A stretch of 63,919 nt of DNA, filler included. It is 10 parts of 10 records of this genome, joined end to end, with 100 filler letters (N's around TTAATTAATTAA, not from the genome) between each part and the next. Parts side by side here need not be neighbours in the genome. Positions count along the whole stretch, not along the records: positions 39,296 to 45,632 come from SRR31147125_12528; positions 45,733 to 53,442 come from SRR31147125_12533; 8 more parts are not named here. One strand, given 5' to 3'. The first letter of the stretch is position 1. Each line of letters begins with the position of its first letter. Under the pieces are notes generated by a model. It was given only the letters and a program-made list of their open reading frames with translations, did no database searches and was not told the DNA's origin. Position numbers and translations under genes: made by a program. Shown here one piece after another: positions 39,455-50,539 of the stretch.

Positions 39455-41863
39455 ATGAAAAGAACCATTTTATTTTACCTTGCTTTGGCAGTTTTTATAT
39501 TTACGGCCTGCCAACAAAAAACAGTTGATATTTACGTGTCTCGCAATGGCGATGATACATCTGCAGGTGATAAATTGAATCCTGTAAAAAACATTGAACA
39601 GGCTGCAAGGCTTGCCGCTAAAAATGCGGGGGAAGTCTCTGTTAATATTCTTGTGGAAGACGGCATTTATTACCTGCCGCAAACCCTTGTTCTAAATTCA
39701 GAAATGTCGGGAACAGAAAAATACCCGGTTGTTTTTAAGGCTGTAAACGAAGGAAAAGCCATTTTAAGTGGCGGCCAAAAACTGGATTTAAAATGGGATC
39801 CTTACAAAAATGGAATTTTTAAAACCAAAGTAACGGAAGATGTAAATATCGACCAGCTTTACATTAACGGCGAAAGACAACGCATGGCGCGTTTCCCCAA
39901 TGCCGTTGAAGGCAAAAATGTGTTCGATGCCTGGGATTTAATTCACACGCGCGAGCCCGATCCTGCAAACGATCCTTTAAAACGAATTGAGAATTGGCAA
40001 AATCCGGTAGGTGCCTTTGTTCATGCTATGCACACTGCTCTTTGGGGCGACATGCACTGGCTGGTAAAAGGGAAAAAAGAAGATGGAACACTTGACTTGG
40101 AAGGGGGCTGGCAAAACAACCGCCCATCGCCAATGCACCCGCGTTACCGAATGGTAGAGAATGTATTTGAAGAGCTGGATGTTCCTTATGAGTGGTTTTA
40201 TAACAAAGATGAAAAAACGCTTTACTATTTTCCGCAGGAGAACGAAGATATAAATTCGGCGAGTGTGGAAATTGTGCGTTTAAAACACTTGGTTGAATAT
40301 AACGGTACAAAGGAAGAACCTGTAAAATTTGTTGAGTTTAATGGTTTTGTTTTTCGTCATGCCGCGCGCAGTTTTATGGAGAATAAAGAACAACTGCTTC
40401 GCAGCGATTGGACAACTTACCGGGGTGGAGCAGTAGTTTTTAACGGTGCCGAAGATTGTGCTATAGAAAACTGTGAATTCGACCAGGTAGGCGGGAACAG
40501 CATTTTTGTAAACAATTACAACCGTAGAATAACCGTTAAAAGTTGCTACATTCACCATTCGGGGGCAAACGGTGTTGCATTTGTTGGCGATCCTAATATG
40601 GTTCGCAGTCCGGTGTTTAGGTATGGTCCGCAAGATTTTGAAAATATGGATCGTACGCGTGGCCCCAAAGGCGACAATTATCCGGCCGACTGTCTGGTGG
40701 AAGATTGTTTGATAACCATGACCGGCCGCGACGAAAAACAAACTTCTCCGGTTCAGATTTCTATGTCGCACAAAATACGTGTAAACCACTGTTCAATTTA
40801 CGATGTACCACGCGCCGGAATTAATATTAGTGAAGGAACTTTTGGCGGACACATTATTGAAAACAGCGATATTTTTAACACTGTTCTGGAAACCGGCGAC
40901 CACGGTAGTTTTAACTCGTGGGGGCGCGACCGCTTCTGGACTCCCGACATAAAAGTTACCGATGTTGAGGTGAAAAAGGTGCCTGATTTACCCAAATACG
41001 ATATGCTTGATAAAAACATTATTCGCAACAGTCGCTGGCGATGCGATCACGGATGGGATATTGACCTTGACGATGGTTCTCTATGGTACGAAATTTATAA
41101 TAATGTACTGTTGAATGGAGGTTTGAAAATGCGCGAAGGTTATTTCCGTAAAGCAACGAATAATATTATTGTGAATAACAGTTTGCATCCGCATGTTTGG
41201 TATCCCGAAAGTGGCGATATCTTCACAAATAATATTCTTTTTGGAGCCTACCGTCCGGCTGCTATGAATCGTGCTTTGAGTGAAGCAGATAAATGGGGGG
41301 CGGTGCTTGATTCGAATTTATTTGCTACCCACGAAAACGACCGCTTAAAATTTGCACAACACGACTGCGATGCTAATTCGATTGTGGGCGACCCACTTTT
41401 TGTTGATGCAGCAACTATGAATTACCGGGTAAAAGAAAATTCTCCGGCTTTTGAAATGGGCTTCAAAAATTTTGCGATGAATGAGTTTGGTGTAGTTTCC
41501 GAAAAACTAAAGAGGATTGCAAAAACGCCCGAAATACCGGAGGTAATAACTTCCGGAGGAACTGAATCGGGGAAAATACACAGCTGGAAAGGTGCTAAAC
41601 TTAAAAATATTGAAACGCTGGGCGAACAGTCGGCTGCAGGTTTATCATCGATTAGCGGCGTTGCTTTATTGGAAGTGCCCAAAAATTCGGAATTAGCAAA
41701 TTTTGGTTTTCAAACCGGCGATGTAATTTTGAAATTTGGCCCTCATAAAATAAACGATTTCAGCCAGTTTATACATGAAGTGGAAAATAACAAAGCGAAA
41801 ACCGATGTTGAAATCACGGTAATGCATAATCAGAAGTTGAAGGTTGTAAAGATGAGATTATAG
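39455..41863 (+). CDS. Lipoprotein with a right-handed beta-helix (GH141-like) and C-terminal PDZ domain
   Basis: Lipobox FTAC, YVSRNGDD, QLYINGERQRMARFPN, ETGDHGSFNSWGRDR, WDIDLDDGS; C-terminal S.LA..G.QTGDVI. Confidence 0.8.
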   Translation: MKRTILFYLALAVFIFTACQQKTVDIYVSRNGDDTSAGDKLNPVKNIEQAARLAAKNAGEVSVNILVEDGIYYLPQTLVLNSEMSGTEKYPVVFKAVNEGKAILSGGQKLDLKWDPYKNGIFKTKVTEDVNIDQLYINGERQRMARFPNAVEGKNVFDAWDLIHTREPDPANDPLKRIENWQNPVGAFVHAMHTALWGDMHWLVKGKKEDGTLDLEGGWQNNRPSPMHPRYRMVENVFEELDVPYEWFYNKDEKTLYYFPQENEDINSASVEIVRLKHLVEYNGTKEEPVKFVEFNGFVFRHAARSFMENKEQLLRSDWTTYRGGAVVFNGAEDCAIENCEFDQVGGNSIFVNNYNRRITVKSCYIHHSGANGVAFVGDPNMVRSPVFRYGPQDFENMDRTRGPKGDNYPADCLVEDCLITMTGRDEKQTSPVQISMSHKIRVNHCSIYDVPRAGINISEGTFGGHIIENSDIFNTVLETGDHGSFNSWGRDRFWTPDIKVTDVEVKKVPDLPKYDMLDKNIIRNSRWRCDHGWDIDLDDGSLWYEIYNNVLLNGGLKMREGYFRKATNNIIVNNSLHPHVWYPESGDIFTNNILFGAYRPAAMNRALSEADKWGAVLDSNLFATHENDRLKFAQHDCDANSIVGDPLFVDAATMNYRVKENSPAFEMGFKNFAMNEFGVVSEKLKRIAKTPEIPEVITSGGTESGKIHSWKGAKLKNIETLGEQSAAGLSSISGVALLEVPKNSELANFGFQTGDVILKFGPHKINDFSQFIHEVENNKAKTDVEITVMHNQKLKVVKMRL

Positions 41864-41929
41864 GATAAATGTTTGACCCTAAAGTGAAATATAACGACGC
41901 GATAGAAAATTTTAAATAATATAACCAAT

Positions 41930-43396
41930 ATGAGAAACCGATGTCTAAAATATTTTGGCGTAGCTTTTCTAATACTAATTGCAGGAATAGCAAACTCAAA
42001 AAATAAAAATCAGAAAGAAAACAGCAGACCCAATGTGGTTCTGATTTATCTCGACGATAGTGGCTACGGCGATTACGAACACAACGGAAATCCAACCATA
42101 AAAACACCGAATATTTCAACCTTAAAACAAAGTGGAATAAACTTCACACAATTTTATGTTACCTCTCCTGCGTGTTCAGCATCGCGTTATTCGTTAATGA
42201 CAGGGCGCTATCCGGGGCGTTCAGGATTAGGATCATGGGTAATTGGTCCCGACGCATCGAAATATATTCACGAAAAAGAAATAACACTTGCTGAAGGATT
42301 GAAATCGGTTGGGTACAAAACCGGAATGTTTGGGAAATGGCATTTGGGAACACCAAATAAGAATAACGATTTTACTCCCAAAGCTTTGCCGCTTGCAAAT
42401 GGTTTCGATGAGTGGATTGGAACGAACGTATCGCACGATTACAACACCTCGATGTTGCTGAAAAGTAATCCGAAAGGAAATTATCCAATCCCCGGCTACG
42501 AATTACTAGCCAAAGATTTGCCTTCGGATGTAAAGGCTTCGGAATCGTTAACCGGGGTGTGTACAAAAGCCGCAGTTGATTTTATTAAACGAAACAGAAA
42601 TAATCCATTTTTTGCCTACGTTGCATATAATATGCCTCATTTGGGACTTTTTGTAAGCGACAAGTTTAAAGGGAAGTCGCGAAACGGCGAGCTGGGCGAT
42701 GTTATGGAAGAACTGGATGCAGCAATCGGAGATATTCTTCATACGCTTGACGAAACCGGGATTAGAGAAAATACAATTATCATATTCTCGTCAGACAATG
42801 GACCGTGGATAAAATTCACGACTGTAAAAGATAATCCAAAGTATGGCGATACCCGTTTGAAAGTAGGTTATGCGACTCCGTTCCGCGATGGGAAAGGCTC
42901 AACCTGGGAAGGTGGTCATCGTGTTCCCGGGATAATTAGCTGGCCGGCAAAAATTAAAGGAAACCGTAATGAGCAAACTCCAATAAGTACGCTCGATGTA
43001 TTGCCAACAATTTTTGCAATTACCGGTGTTGATGTTCCGCAGGACAGAACAATTGACGGGCGCGATATTCGTTCATTACTAATGCCCGAAAAGTATAAGA
43101 AACAGCCCGAAGAATTCACCTTTTATTACAATTATACCGATAATATGCCATCGGCAATAAGAAAAAATGAATGGAAATTACACATTCGAATTGGCTCGCA
43201 AACAAGAAATAATTATGGATTTGTGGCGTCGAGAGAAACTCCGCTTTTATTTCAGGTTGAAAAAGATTTGGGCGAACGAATTGATGTGGCAAGAGAACAG
43301 CCCGAACTCAGCTCAAAATTACTTTCGGAATTGGAAGAGTTTGAAAAACAGATGAAAGAAGAAGGTAGCTTTTGGGATATTAAAACCGAATTATAA
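41930..43396 (+). CDS. Formylglycine-dependent sulfatase (S1, Cys-type)
   Basis: PNVVLIYLDD.GYGD, CSASR.SLMTGR, GKWHLG, SSDNG, EGGHRVP. Confidence 0.95.
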   Translation: MRNRCLKYFGVAFLILIAGIANSKNKNQKENSRPNVVLIYLDDSGYGDYEHNGNPTIKTPNISTLKQSGINFTQFYVTSPACSASRYSLMTGRYPGRSGLGSWVIGPDASKYIHEKEITLAEGLKSVGYKTGMFGKWHLGTPNKNNDFTPKALPLANGFDEWIGTNVSHDYNTSMLLKSNPKGNYPIPGYELLAKDLPSDVKASESLTGVCTKAAVDFIKRNRNNPFFAYVAYNMPHLGLFVSDKFKGKSRNGELGDVMEELDAAIGDILHTLDETGIRENTIIIFSSDNGPWIKFTTVKDNPKYGDTRLKVGYATPFRDGKGSTWEGGHRVPGIISWPAKIKGNRNEQTPISTLDVLPTIFAITGVDVPQDRTIDGRDIRSLLMPEKYKKQPEEFTFYYNYTDNMPSAIRKNEWKLHIRIGSQTRNNYGFVASRETPLLFQVEKDLGERIDVAREQPELSSKLLSELEEFEKQMKEEGSFWDIKTEL

Positions 43397-43426
43397 AAAT
43401 ACAGGCATATACGAGGCTCTTAAAAT

Positions 43427-43467
43427 CAAAAAAGGATTTTATCAATTTTGATAAGATCCTTTTTTTG
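43427..43467. terminator. Bidirectional intrinsic terminator between convergent genes
   Basis: CAAAAAAGGATTTTATCAA-TT-TTGATAAGATCCTTTTTTTG. Confidence 0.8.
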
Positions 43468-43491
43468 CGCCCATTCAAAATTTTTGCTATT

Positions 43492-45087
43492 TCAAGAATT
43501 GAGTTCAAAAAGTAATTTGGCCTCAGGATCAAATACTACTTCTTTTACCTGCGAATTAATTTCGAATGTGGCATTAAATTTTTTTGAGTTGACTGGGAAT
43601 GAGAAGGTTTTAGTTGTGCCGTTTTTATAATGTACTTCTATTTCAAAATCGAATGTGAAAAGATACTGCGATTGAGTTTGTTTTCCTGAAATAAGAAATT
43701 TGTTTCCATTTTGTTCCCAGTTAATAGCCAAAACCGGATGTCCGGGCTGGTGCAGCCATTGTTGAAAAAAATGCTGTAAGTTCTTATTCGATACATTTTC
43801 CATTATCTCTCTAAAATCATCGGTTAAAGCTGTCGAATTTCGGAACTCTGAATAATATTTTCTTAGGCCTCTAAAAAATAGTTGGTCGCCTAATTTTACA
43901 CGTAACATGTGCAAAACCCAACTTGCTTTTTGGTACGAATTGGTATTTAGCAATTCGATGTATTCGGTTACAGTAGTATCAATAATTGGAGCAAGTTTCC
44001 GGTGAGCAAATTTAATAACACGTTCGCGATCGTTTTTTAGTCCGTTTTGAAATGCTTCTTCACCATAATAATGCTGATTATAAACGTGAGTAAGGTAAGT
44101 GGCAAAACCTTCGCTTAGCCAAATGTGATGCCAGTTTTGTTCGGTTGCCGAATTGCCAAACCACTGGTGTGCAACTTCGTGAGCAAACAAACTCTCAAAA
44201 CTCCTGTCCATAAAACCGGTTCCTTCGTGGTAAAAAATACAGCCGGCGTTTTCCATTCCGCCATAGCGTGTTTTCGATTGTACATGTGCCAGTTTTTCGT
44301 ACGAAAATGGGCCAATCAATTCTGAAAAATATTCAAGAGCTTCGGTTCCAAAACGATAATTATGGAATCCTTTTTTTTCGTTTTTTGCAAATACCCACGC
44401 GTTTACCGGGATTTCGTTGTAGCTTTTTTCATTCCCAACAACAAAGTCGGCAACTCCAATAACCATCAGTTTTGTCGATAAAGGAATATCTTCTTTCCAA
44501 TGGGTAAACTCCAAATTGTTGTTAAGTTCTTTCTTTTCAACTAAATAACCATTCGAAATCACTTCGTAATGAGCTGGTGCGTAAACCAAAAATTCCAGTG
44601 TGGCTTTGTCTGATGGATGATCTACTGTGGGAAGCCAGTGCCGTGCTCGGTCGGGCCAGTTGTCGCCAAAAAAAGTGCGCTGCCCATATTTGTTTTCCGA
44701 AATCGCCAATCCATCGGCAGGAGTTCCGGTGTATTTAATTTTAAATTCTAAAATTTCGTTGCAATTTGTGTTTTTGGGTAATTGAATAGATAAGCAGTTG
44801 TTTGTGTGTGAAAATTCTAATTTTTGCTGTTCACTAATAACCGACTTAACTGTCATTCCTGTTTCTTCAGTTTCTTTTTCAACCAGATCGAGTACCAGTT
44901 GCCGACAAGGTTTTAAGAATTTTACAGAAATGAAAGTCTCGCCTTCAATACAATTGCTTGTGTCATTCAAATGAATTTCAAACGCATAATGTTGCACGTC
45001 TATACTTTCGAAACGTGCGTAATGATTTTGTGCTGAAACACTGTGCCACAGCAGAAAAATTAGAAAAAGCAACGATAGTTTTTTCAC
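43492..45087 (-). CDS. M1-family metallo-aminopeptidase
   Basis: GGMEN, HEVAHQWFG...WLSEGFA, signal peptide. Confidence 0.95.
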   Translation of the reverse strand: MKKLSLLFLIFLLWHSVSAQNHYARFESIDVQHYAFEIHLNDTSNCIEGETFISVKFLKPCRQLVLDLVEKETEETGMTVKSVISEQQKLEFSHTNNCLSIQLPKNTNCNEILEFKIKYTGTPADGLAISENKYGQRTFFGDNWPDRARHWLPTVDHPSDKATLEFLVYAPAHYEVISNGYLVEKKELNNNLEFTHWKEDIPLSTKLMVIGVADFVVGNEKSYNEIPVNAWVFAKNEKKGFHNYRFGTEALEYFSELIGPFSYEKLAHVQSKTRYGGMENAGCIFYHEGTGFMDRSFESLFAHEVAHQWFGNSATEQNWHHIWLSEGFATYLTHVYNQHYYGEEAFQNGLKNDRERVIKFAHRKLAPIIDTTVTEYIELLNTNSYQKASWVLHMLRVKLGDQLFFRGLRKYYSEFRNSTALTDDFREIMENVSNKNLQHFFQQWLHQPGHPVLAINWEQNGNKFLISGKQTQSQYLFTFDFEIEVHYKNGTTKTFSFPVNSKKFNATFEINSQVKEVVFDPEAKLLFELNS

Positions 45088-45106
45088 AGTAAATCAGAAT
45101 TTCAGT

Positions 45107-45632
45107 TTAATTTTTGCTTTTAATAAGTGCATAAGTCGCAAACGAAGCCAGCCAATGCGAGCCTGCATATTCGCCCGAATCCATTTTGTCGTAGCTGTAA
45201 TTGAAATGTTTATCGCCTAAATCAATCATAAGCTGATTGTCGAGTTTGTGGCCTATTTCGTACAGGCACCACGCACGACTGTAATTCAGTCCGTCTAAGT
45301 GTGCCAGTTTGCCGTCGCTGCGGTCGGTAACTACTGCAACCTCCATAAATTTTGCAGGATTTTTTTCAAATTTTGGCAAAAAGGTTTTCAGCCATTTCTT
45401 AAAATCCTGTTCTGGTAAAACTTTCTGCATAATCGATGCTTCCTGTAAACATGGCGACAGAAAATCGAATCCACCCGGCTCCCAGGTTAACGGACAATTG
45501 CAGTCGGTTTGATAATATTCGCGGGCTTTCTGTTCTATTTTTTCAGCTAAAACCGGGTCGTATTTTTGGGCCCAGTCGTAAGCAAACGATATTCCGAATG
45601 CAATGTTGCTGTGTTCTCCAATTCGAATGGGG
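45107..45632 (-). CDS. DUF2891-family protein, C-terminal part (contig edge)
   Basis: Open to the contig edge: PIRIGEHSN.AF...WEPGGFDFLSPCL.EA...DRSDGKLAHLDGLNYSRAW...YAGSHWLASFA. Confidence 0.82.
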
Positions 45633-45732
45633 NNNNNNNNNNNNNNNNNNNNNNNNNNNNNNNNNNNNNNNNNNNNTTAATTAATTAANNNNNNNNNNNN
45701 NNNNNNNNNNNNNNNNNNNNNNNNNNNNNNNN

Positions 45733-46149
45733 TCTTCCAGGCATCAGATTAAGTTTAACTCAAAATTAGGTAAACGTTATAATCAGGTAGCACAAAATGT
45801 AAAAACAGAAAAAGTAGAACCCCTAAGCAATGCTCCTGTGCCTGCACGGTTTGAAGATGTTGCATCGGGAACAATTAATGAAACGTTAACACCGGGTGGA
45901 GTTGGAAACCTTCAAGGAACAAGACTTAAATTTGATGAAACAGATGAAAATCAGGGGATCTATTTTATTGCCACAAATGGGACAGCCAGCAGGGTTAGTA
46001 AAATAATTACCCAGAAAAACTCACAGGTGGTTTTTATGATACCTGATGGCTTAACAGCCGATGAATATTCACTTGAAGTTAGAATTCTCCCTCCTGGAAA
46101 TAAAGAGACAAAAAAAGGGGATTTAGAAGATAAACTAACTGTTGATTAA
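45733..46149 (+). CDS. C-terminal Ig-like (DUF4469-like) domain, typical of Bacteroidota HU-domain DNA-binding proteins (contig edge)
   Basis: Open from the contig start; TLTPGG...GTRLKFD...QGIYF...FMIP..L...YSLEV. Confidence 0.65.
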   Translation, partial: SSRHQIKFNSKLGKRYNQVAQNVKTEKVEPLSNAPVPARFEDVASGTINETLTPGGVGNLQGTRLKFDETDENQGIYFIATNGTASRVSKIITQKNSQVVFMIPDGLTADEYSLEVRILPPGNKETKKGDLEDKLTVD

Positions 46150-46196
46150 AACGATTTTTCTTAAAAATCAAAAGGAATATAATAAGGAAAAGTATT

Positions 46197-46277
46197 AGTC
46201 CTTTGACCAAACCAATATTAATCAAAGGACTGACAACCTGTTGGTCTTTTGACCAGTTAATTTTTAGTCCTTGGTTA
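46197..46277. repeat. Four 12-mers (consensus AGTCCTTTGACC) at an exact 23-bp period, second copy inverted
   Basis: AGTCCTTTGACC at 46197; AATCAAAGGACT at 46220 (reverse complement AGTCCTTTGATT); GGTCTTTTGACC at 46243; AGTCCTTGGTTA at 46266. Confidence 0.65.
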
Positions 46278-46501
46278 AAAAATACGGGGACATGTTCTAA
46301 ATACTATTGAGCAATGATTAATACAACAGGCTAGAAATTATTAAAAGTACAAGATTTTAAATATTACTGTATCATATAAAATTTCTAAACAAAATATGTT
46401 AGGAAGAATATTAATGCAGTAATTTATTTGTGATGTTTTATGTTGATAGGTAATAAAAATATACATTCTCAAATAATAATAAATATAGAATTAATCAGGT
46501 A

Positions 46502-48862
46502 ATGAAAATAAAAAGATTATTGATATTATTATTTGCATTGTTGACAACTAATGTTTTTTCTCAAATTGATTTTGAAAAACCATTACACGGTTTTTATTCT
46601 GAAAAACCAGCTATCAATTGGCAATACTCACTTATTAGTGGAAATGGAACCATGGGAATATTAGTTCCGGGTGAAGTGAAGTCTGAAAAAATTACAGTAA
46701 ACCATTCTCTTTTATATTTACCATACGAAGTTTCCGGTAAATATGTCAATCAAGGAGCACACCTTGAGGAAATAAGGGAAATGTTATTAAAGGGAGACTA
46801 TCGTTCAGCAACTAACTTCATCAATACAATTAAGAATGAAGCAGATTATCGCGACAAAAGAGATCGATATATTCCCGGATTTAATATAAAGATAGATCAA
46901 GATGTTGATAGTGTTAGTCACTACCAACGATCTGTAAATTATGAATCAGGGGAAGCTATTGTTGATTGGGAAAATGAAAAAGGTGTTTATCAACGTCGTG
47001 CGTTTGTCTCCAGAGCAGACAGCATTGTTGTTATCCAAATTAAAGGATCAGGAAAAGTTTCTGCTAGAATCTCATTTGAAAGTCTGGATGTTAATAACTC
47101 TAAGGAGTTAGCCTATGTGGCAGAAGGATTCGATGAAATTGGACCCAATACTCAGGGTAACTCATTGACATTTACTGCAGATTACAGGTATCGTAGTGAA
47201 TATACGCCATTTGATGGGTATCAAGGAGTTGGTAAGGTTATTAATAAAGGAGGAGAGCTGAAGAATAATAGAGGTGTCATGCAGGTGACAGGAGCGGATG
47301 AAATTATTGTAATCGTGAAATTAATACCGGTTGAAAATCTGCAAGATAATAATATCGTAAAACTGAAATCCTTTGTAGAAAGTAAGGGGGCGGATTATGA
47401 AAGCTTGCTAAATGCCCATAAGCAAATTCATGGTAAGTTATATAATCGGGTAAAGCTGGATTTAAATGCAGACGAAGAGGAACGTGCTCTTTCGACTGAT
47501 AAACTAATTGAAAAGTCACGTAAATCTGAGCAGGTGCCACTGGCAATGATTGAAAAAGCTTTTAATGCCGGACGTTATAATATCATTAGTTGTACTGGTA
47601 CCAATCCTCCAAACTTGATTGGGTTATGGAGTGGCGAGTGGTTATCTCCTTGGTCCGGTAGCTTTACAACCAATGGCAATATGCCTACTTCATTGGCTTT
47701 TCTTTTGCAAGGAAACACTCCTGAGTTAATGCAAGGCTTGTTTAATTGGAATGAGCTGCGAATGGAAGGATTTAGGAAAAATGCCAAGGATTTATACAAT
47801 TGTCGAGGAATTCATATTCCTGCGCAATTAACAGTTTCTCCTCTTGAGACGGATTTTACACCATTATATCCCCATTCTTATTGGGTAGGAAGTGCTGGTT
47901 GGGTTTCAAACTTTTATTACGACTACTATCAATACACAGGAGATAAAGAATTCTTAAAGGATATGGGTTATCCTTATATGAAAGAAGCGGCCTTGTTTTA
48001 TGAAGACTTTCTATCAATAGAAAAGAATGGTGAACTTGTTTTTGCACCTTCCTATTCACCTGAAAATGCACCTGATTCCTGGCCAAAGAATCCGGCAGCT
48101 TCAATTAATGCAACAATGGAGGTAATGATAGCAAGGCAATTACTTGAAAACTGCATTCATGCTGCCGAGCTATTAAATGTGGATAATGATAAGGTAGCGC
48201 AATGGACTACATTGTTAAATAAAATGCCACAGTATCAAGTTAGTGAAATTGGAACCTTACGCGAATGGTTGTGGCCTGGTTTGAAAGAGAGTAACAATCA
48301 CAGACATGCTTCACATCTATATGCACTTTATCATAATTCGCCTGATGAATTTAAAGTTGATAGTCTGAAAGAAGCTGCGCGTCAAACGATTCGTAAACGA
48401 TTAACTTTTAATAAAACCAAAGGAGGTGGAGTAATGGCCTTCGGGGTGTCAAATTTAGGATGGGCTGCTGCCCATATTGGTGATGCCGAACTTGTTGCTG
48501 AAGCAATTGATTGGCAAGCCAAACACTATTGGTCAACCGGAATGGCTTCATTTCACGATTTTGAGAATCTTTTTAATATGGATATAAGCGGTGGTTTTCC
48601 CTATATGATTGCACAATGCATTGCATATAGCGAACCTGGTTTAATTTCCTTGCTCCCGGCATTACCGGTTGATTGGCAAAAGGGCTCAGTTGAAGGTCTT
48701 AAACTACGAGGGAATGTTTTACTAAAAAGTTTAACCTGGGATGGGACTAAAATTACCGGAGTACTGTATTCCGAAAACTCTCAGGATGTGAAACTGAAAA
48801 CATCTGATGACGAGAAGATTATAACACTGAAAGCAAATAAAGAAGTAAAATTTAAATTTTAA
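46502..48862 (+). CDS. GH95-family glycoside hydrolase
   Basis: GNGTMG, FNAGRYNIIS, PPNLIGLW, PSYSPEN, LREW, HRHASHLY, LLPALP..W..GSV.GL. Confidence 0.88.
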   Translation: MKIKRLLILLFALLTTNVFSQIDFEKPLHGFYSEKPAINWQYSLISGNGTMGILVPGEVKSEKITVNHSLLYLPYEVSGKYVNQGAHLEEIREMLLKGDYRSATNFINTIKNEADYRDKRDRYIPGFNIKIDQDVDSVSHYQRSVNYESGEAIVDWENEKGVYQRRAFVSRADSIVVIQIKGSGKVSARISFESLDVNNSKELAYVAEGFDEIGPNTQGNSLTFTADYRYRSEYTPFDGYQGVGKVINKGGELKNNRGVMQVTGADEIIVIVKLIPVENLQDNNIVKLKSFVESKGADYESLLNAHKQIHGKLYNRVKLDLNADEEERALSTDKLIEKSRKSEQVPLAMIEKAFNAGRYNIISCTGTNPPNLIGLWSGEWLSPWSGSFTTNGNMPTSLAFLLQGNTPELMQGLFNWNELRMEGFRKNAKDLYNCRGIHIPAQLTVSPLETDFTPLYPHSYWVGSAGWVSNFYYDYYQYTGDKEFLKDMGYPYMKEAALFYEDFLSIEKNGELVFAPSYSPENAPDSWPKNPAASINATMEVMIARQLLENCIHAAELLNVDNDKVAQWTTLLNKMPQYQVSEIGTLREWLWPGLKESNNHRHASHLYALYHNSPDEFKVDSLKEAARQTIRKRLTFNKTKGGGVMAFGVSNLGWAAAHIGDAELVAEAIDWQAKHYWSTGMASFHDFENLFNMDISGGFPYMIAQCIAYSEPGLISLLPALPVDWQKGSVEGLKLRGNVLLKSLTWDGTKITGVLYSENSQDVKLKTSDDEKIITLKANKEVKFKF

Positions 48863-48874
48863 CACGATATACAA

Positions 48875-50524
48875 ATGAAAGTATTTAGTAAAGCATTAAC
48901 TATTCTTTTAGGTTTGGCCTTATGGATGCCCGCCTTTACTCAAACACCTGAAACGATAGTTGTTGATTCTAAAGTTGATGGAGAGAAGTTTGAACATTTT
49001 TGGAGCACATGTGTAGGTGCAGGTAGAGCCAATGAAGGTTTGCGAGCCGGATGGCTGGAACAACTGGAGTTGGTCAAGGAAAATTGTGGATTTCAATATG
49101 TCCGTTTTCATGGTCTGTTTCACGATGATATGTTTGTCTATTTTCCGCAAAAAAATGGGAGCGTAGTATATAACTGGCAGTATGTTGATGATTTATTTGA
49201 CCGTATGCTTGAGATTGGGGTGAAACCTTTTGTAGAGTTGGCATTTTTCCCAAAAGGAATAGCTAAGGAAAACAGTAAAACCCAATTCTGGTGGAAAGCG
49301 AATATCTCTGTAGACCCGAATAATTTTGATAAATGGCATGACCTTGTGCAAGCGTTTACACAACATGTTGTTGATAGATACGGAATTAATGAAGTATTAA
49401 GCTGGTATTTTGAGGTTTGGAATGAACCGAACTTAAACCCCGGATTTCTGGACGGTACAAAGAGTGATTATTTTCGTCTTTATAAAGAAGCTGCACTGGC
49501 AGTTAAGTCTGTTGATGAGCGCTTAAAAATTGGTGGCCCATCAACCAGTAATTTTATTGCAGATGACAGATACAAGGGAGAGGTGTATGATTCTCAAAAA
49601 TCAAGATTCTTTAAACAAGATGTAATCAATAAGCAAGAGTGGAAATCACCATGGATGGAAGATTTTATTGCTTATTGTGAAAAGGAAAAATTACCCCTTG
49701 ATTTTATAACGACTCACCCTTATCCAACTGATTATGCATTAGACCCTGAGTCAGGACGTTCAAAAGATGCCATTCGTTATGTTAATTCAGTTGAGAACGA
49801 TATCAACTGGCTGCGTGAAACTTTAGCAAAAAGTAAATACCCTAATGCAGAAATTCATTTGACAGAGTGGAACACAAGTCCCAACAGTCGAGATAATATG
49901 CACGACCATTTACCTCCTGCAGCTTACATTACAAAAGTAAATCTTGAATGTATTGGGTTAACTAATTCTCTAGCCTTTTGGACATTCACCGATATTTTCG
50001 AAGAAAAAGGAGGTGGTTCTTCCATTTTTCATGGAGGTTTTGGGATGATAAATTATCAGGGAATCGTTAAACCTTCTTTCCATGCTTATCGCATGTTAAA
50101 TCAGTTAGGAGATGAAAAACTATTTTATACAGACCCGGTATTTGTGAGTCGTTCTTCTGAATCCGGAAAGATTACTGTTTTGGCTTTTAACTACCCTAAG
50201 GAGTATGAAAACAAGGTTCCTGGAGCCGGAGATGTTGGTAAATATATGACTGCCTCATCCAAATCGCTCAAATTTAAGCTAACTGATTTACCTCAAGGAA
50301 CGATGTTTGAGATGGAAATATTGGATAATGAAAATGGAAATATCAAGCCATTTTACGATAAAATCGGAGCACCTCATTCCCCAACACGAGAGGAGACAGA
50401 AATGCTTAAACAAAAAGCATGGGATACAAATAAAAGCATCTTAAAGGTAAATGAGCAAGGCGAATTATCGATAGATATGGAATTATCACCATGGAGTTTA
50501 GTTTTAATCAGACAGTTAAACTAA
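48875..50524 (+). CDS. GH39-family glycoside hydrolase (beta-xylosidase-like)
   Basis: YVRFHGLFHDDM, FEVWNEP (acid/base), HLTEWN (nucleophile), FWTFTDIFEE, FHGGFG. Confidence 0.93.
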   Translation: MKVFSKALTILLGLALWMPAFTQTPETIVVDSKVDGEKFEHFWSTCVGAGRANEGLRAGWLEQLELVKENCGFQYVRFHGLFHDDMFVYFPQKNGSVVYNWQYVDDLFDRMLEIGVKPFVELAFFPKGIAKENSKTQFWWKANISVDPNNFDKWHDLVQAFTQHVVDRYGINEVLSWYFEVWNEPNLNPGFLDGTKSDYFRLYKEAALAVKSVDERLKIGGPSTSNFIADDRYKGEVYDSQKSRFFKQDVINKQEWKSPWMEDFIAYCEKEKLPLDFITTHPYPTDYALDPESGRSKDAIRYVNSVENDINWLRETLAKSKYPNAEIHLTEWNTSPNSRDNMHDHLPPAAYITKVNLECIGLTNSLAFWTFTDIFEEKGGGSSIFHGGFGMINYQGIVKPSFHAYRMLNQLGDEKLFYTDPVFVSRSSESGKITVLAFNYPKEYENKVPGAGDVGKYMTASSKSLKFKLTDLPQGTMFEMEILDNENGNIKPFYDKIGAPHSPTREETEMLKQKAWDTNKSILKVNEQGELSIDMELSPWSLVLIRQLN

Positions 50525-50539
50525 ATAAAATAAGAAGAG

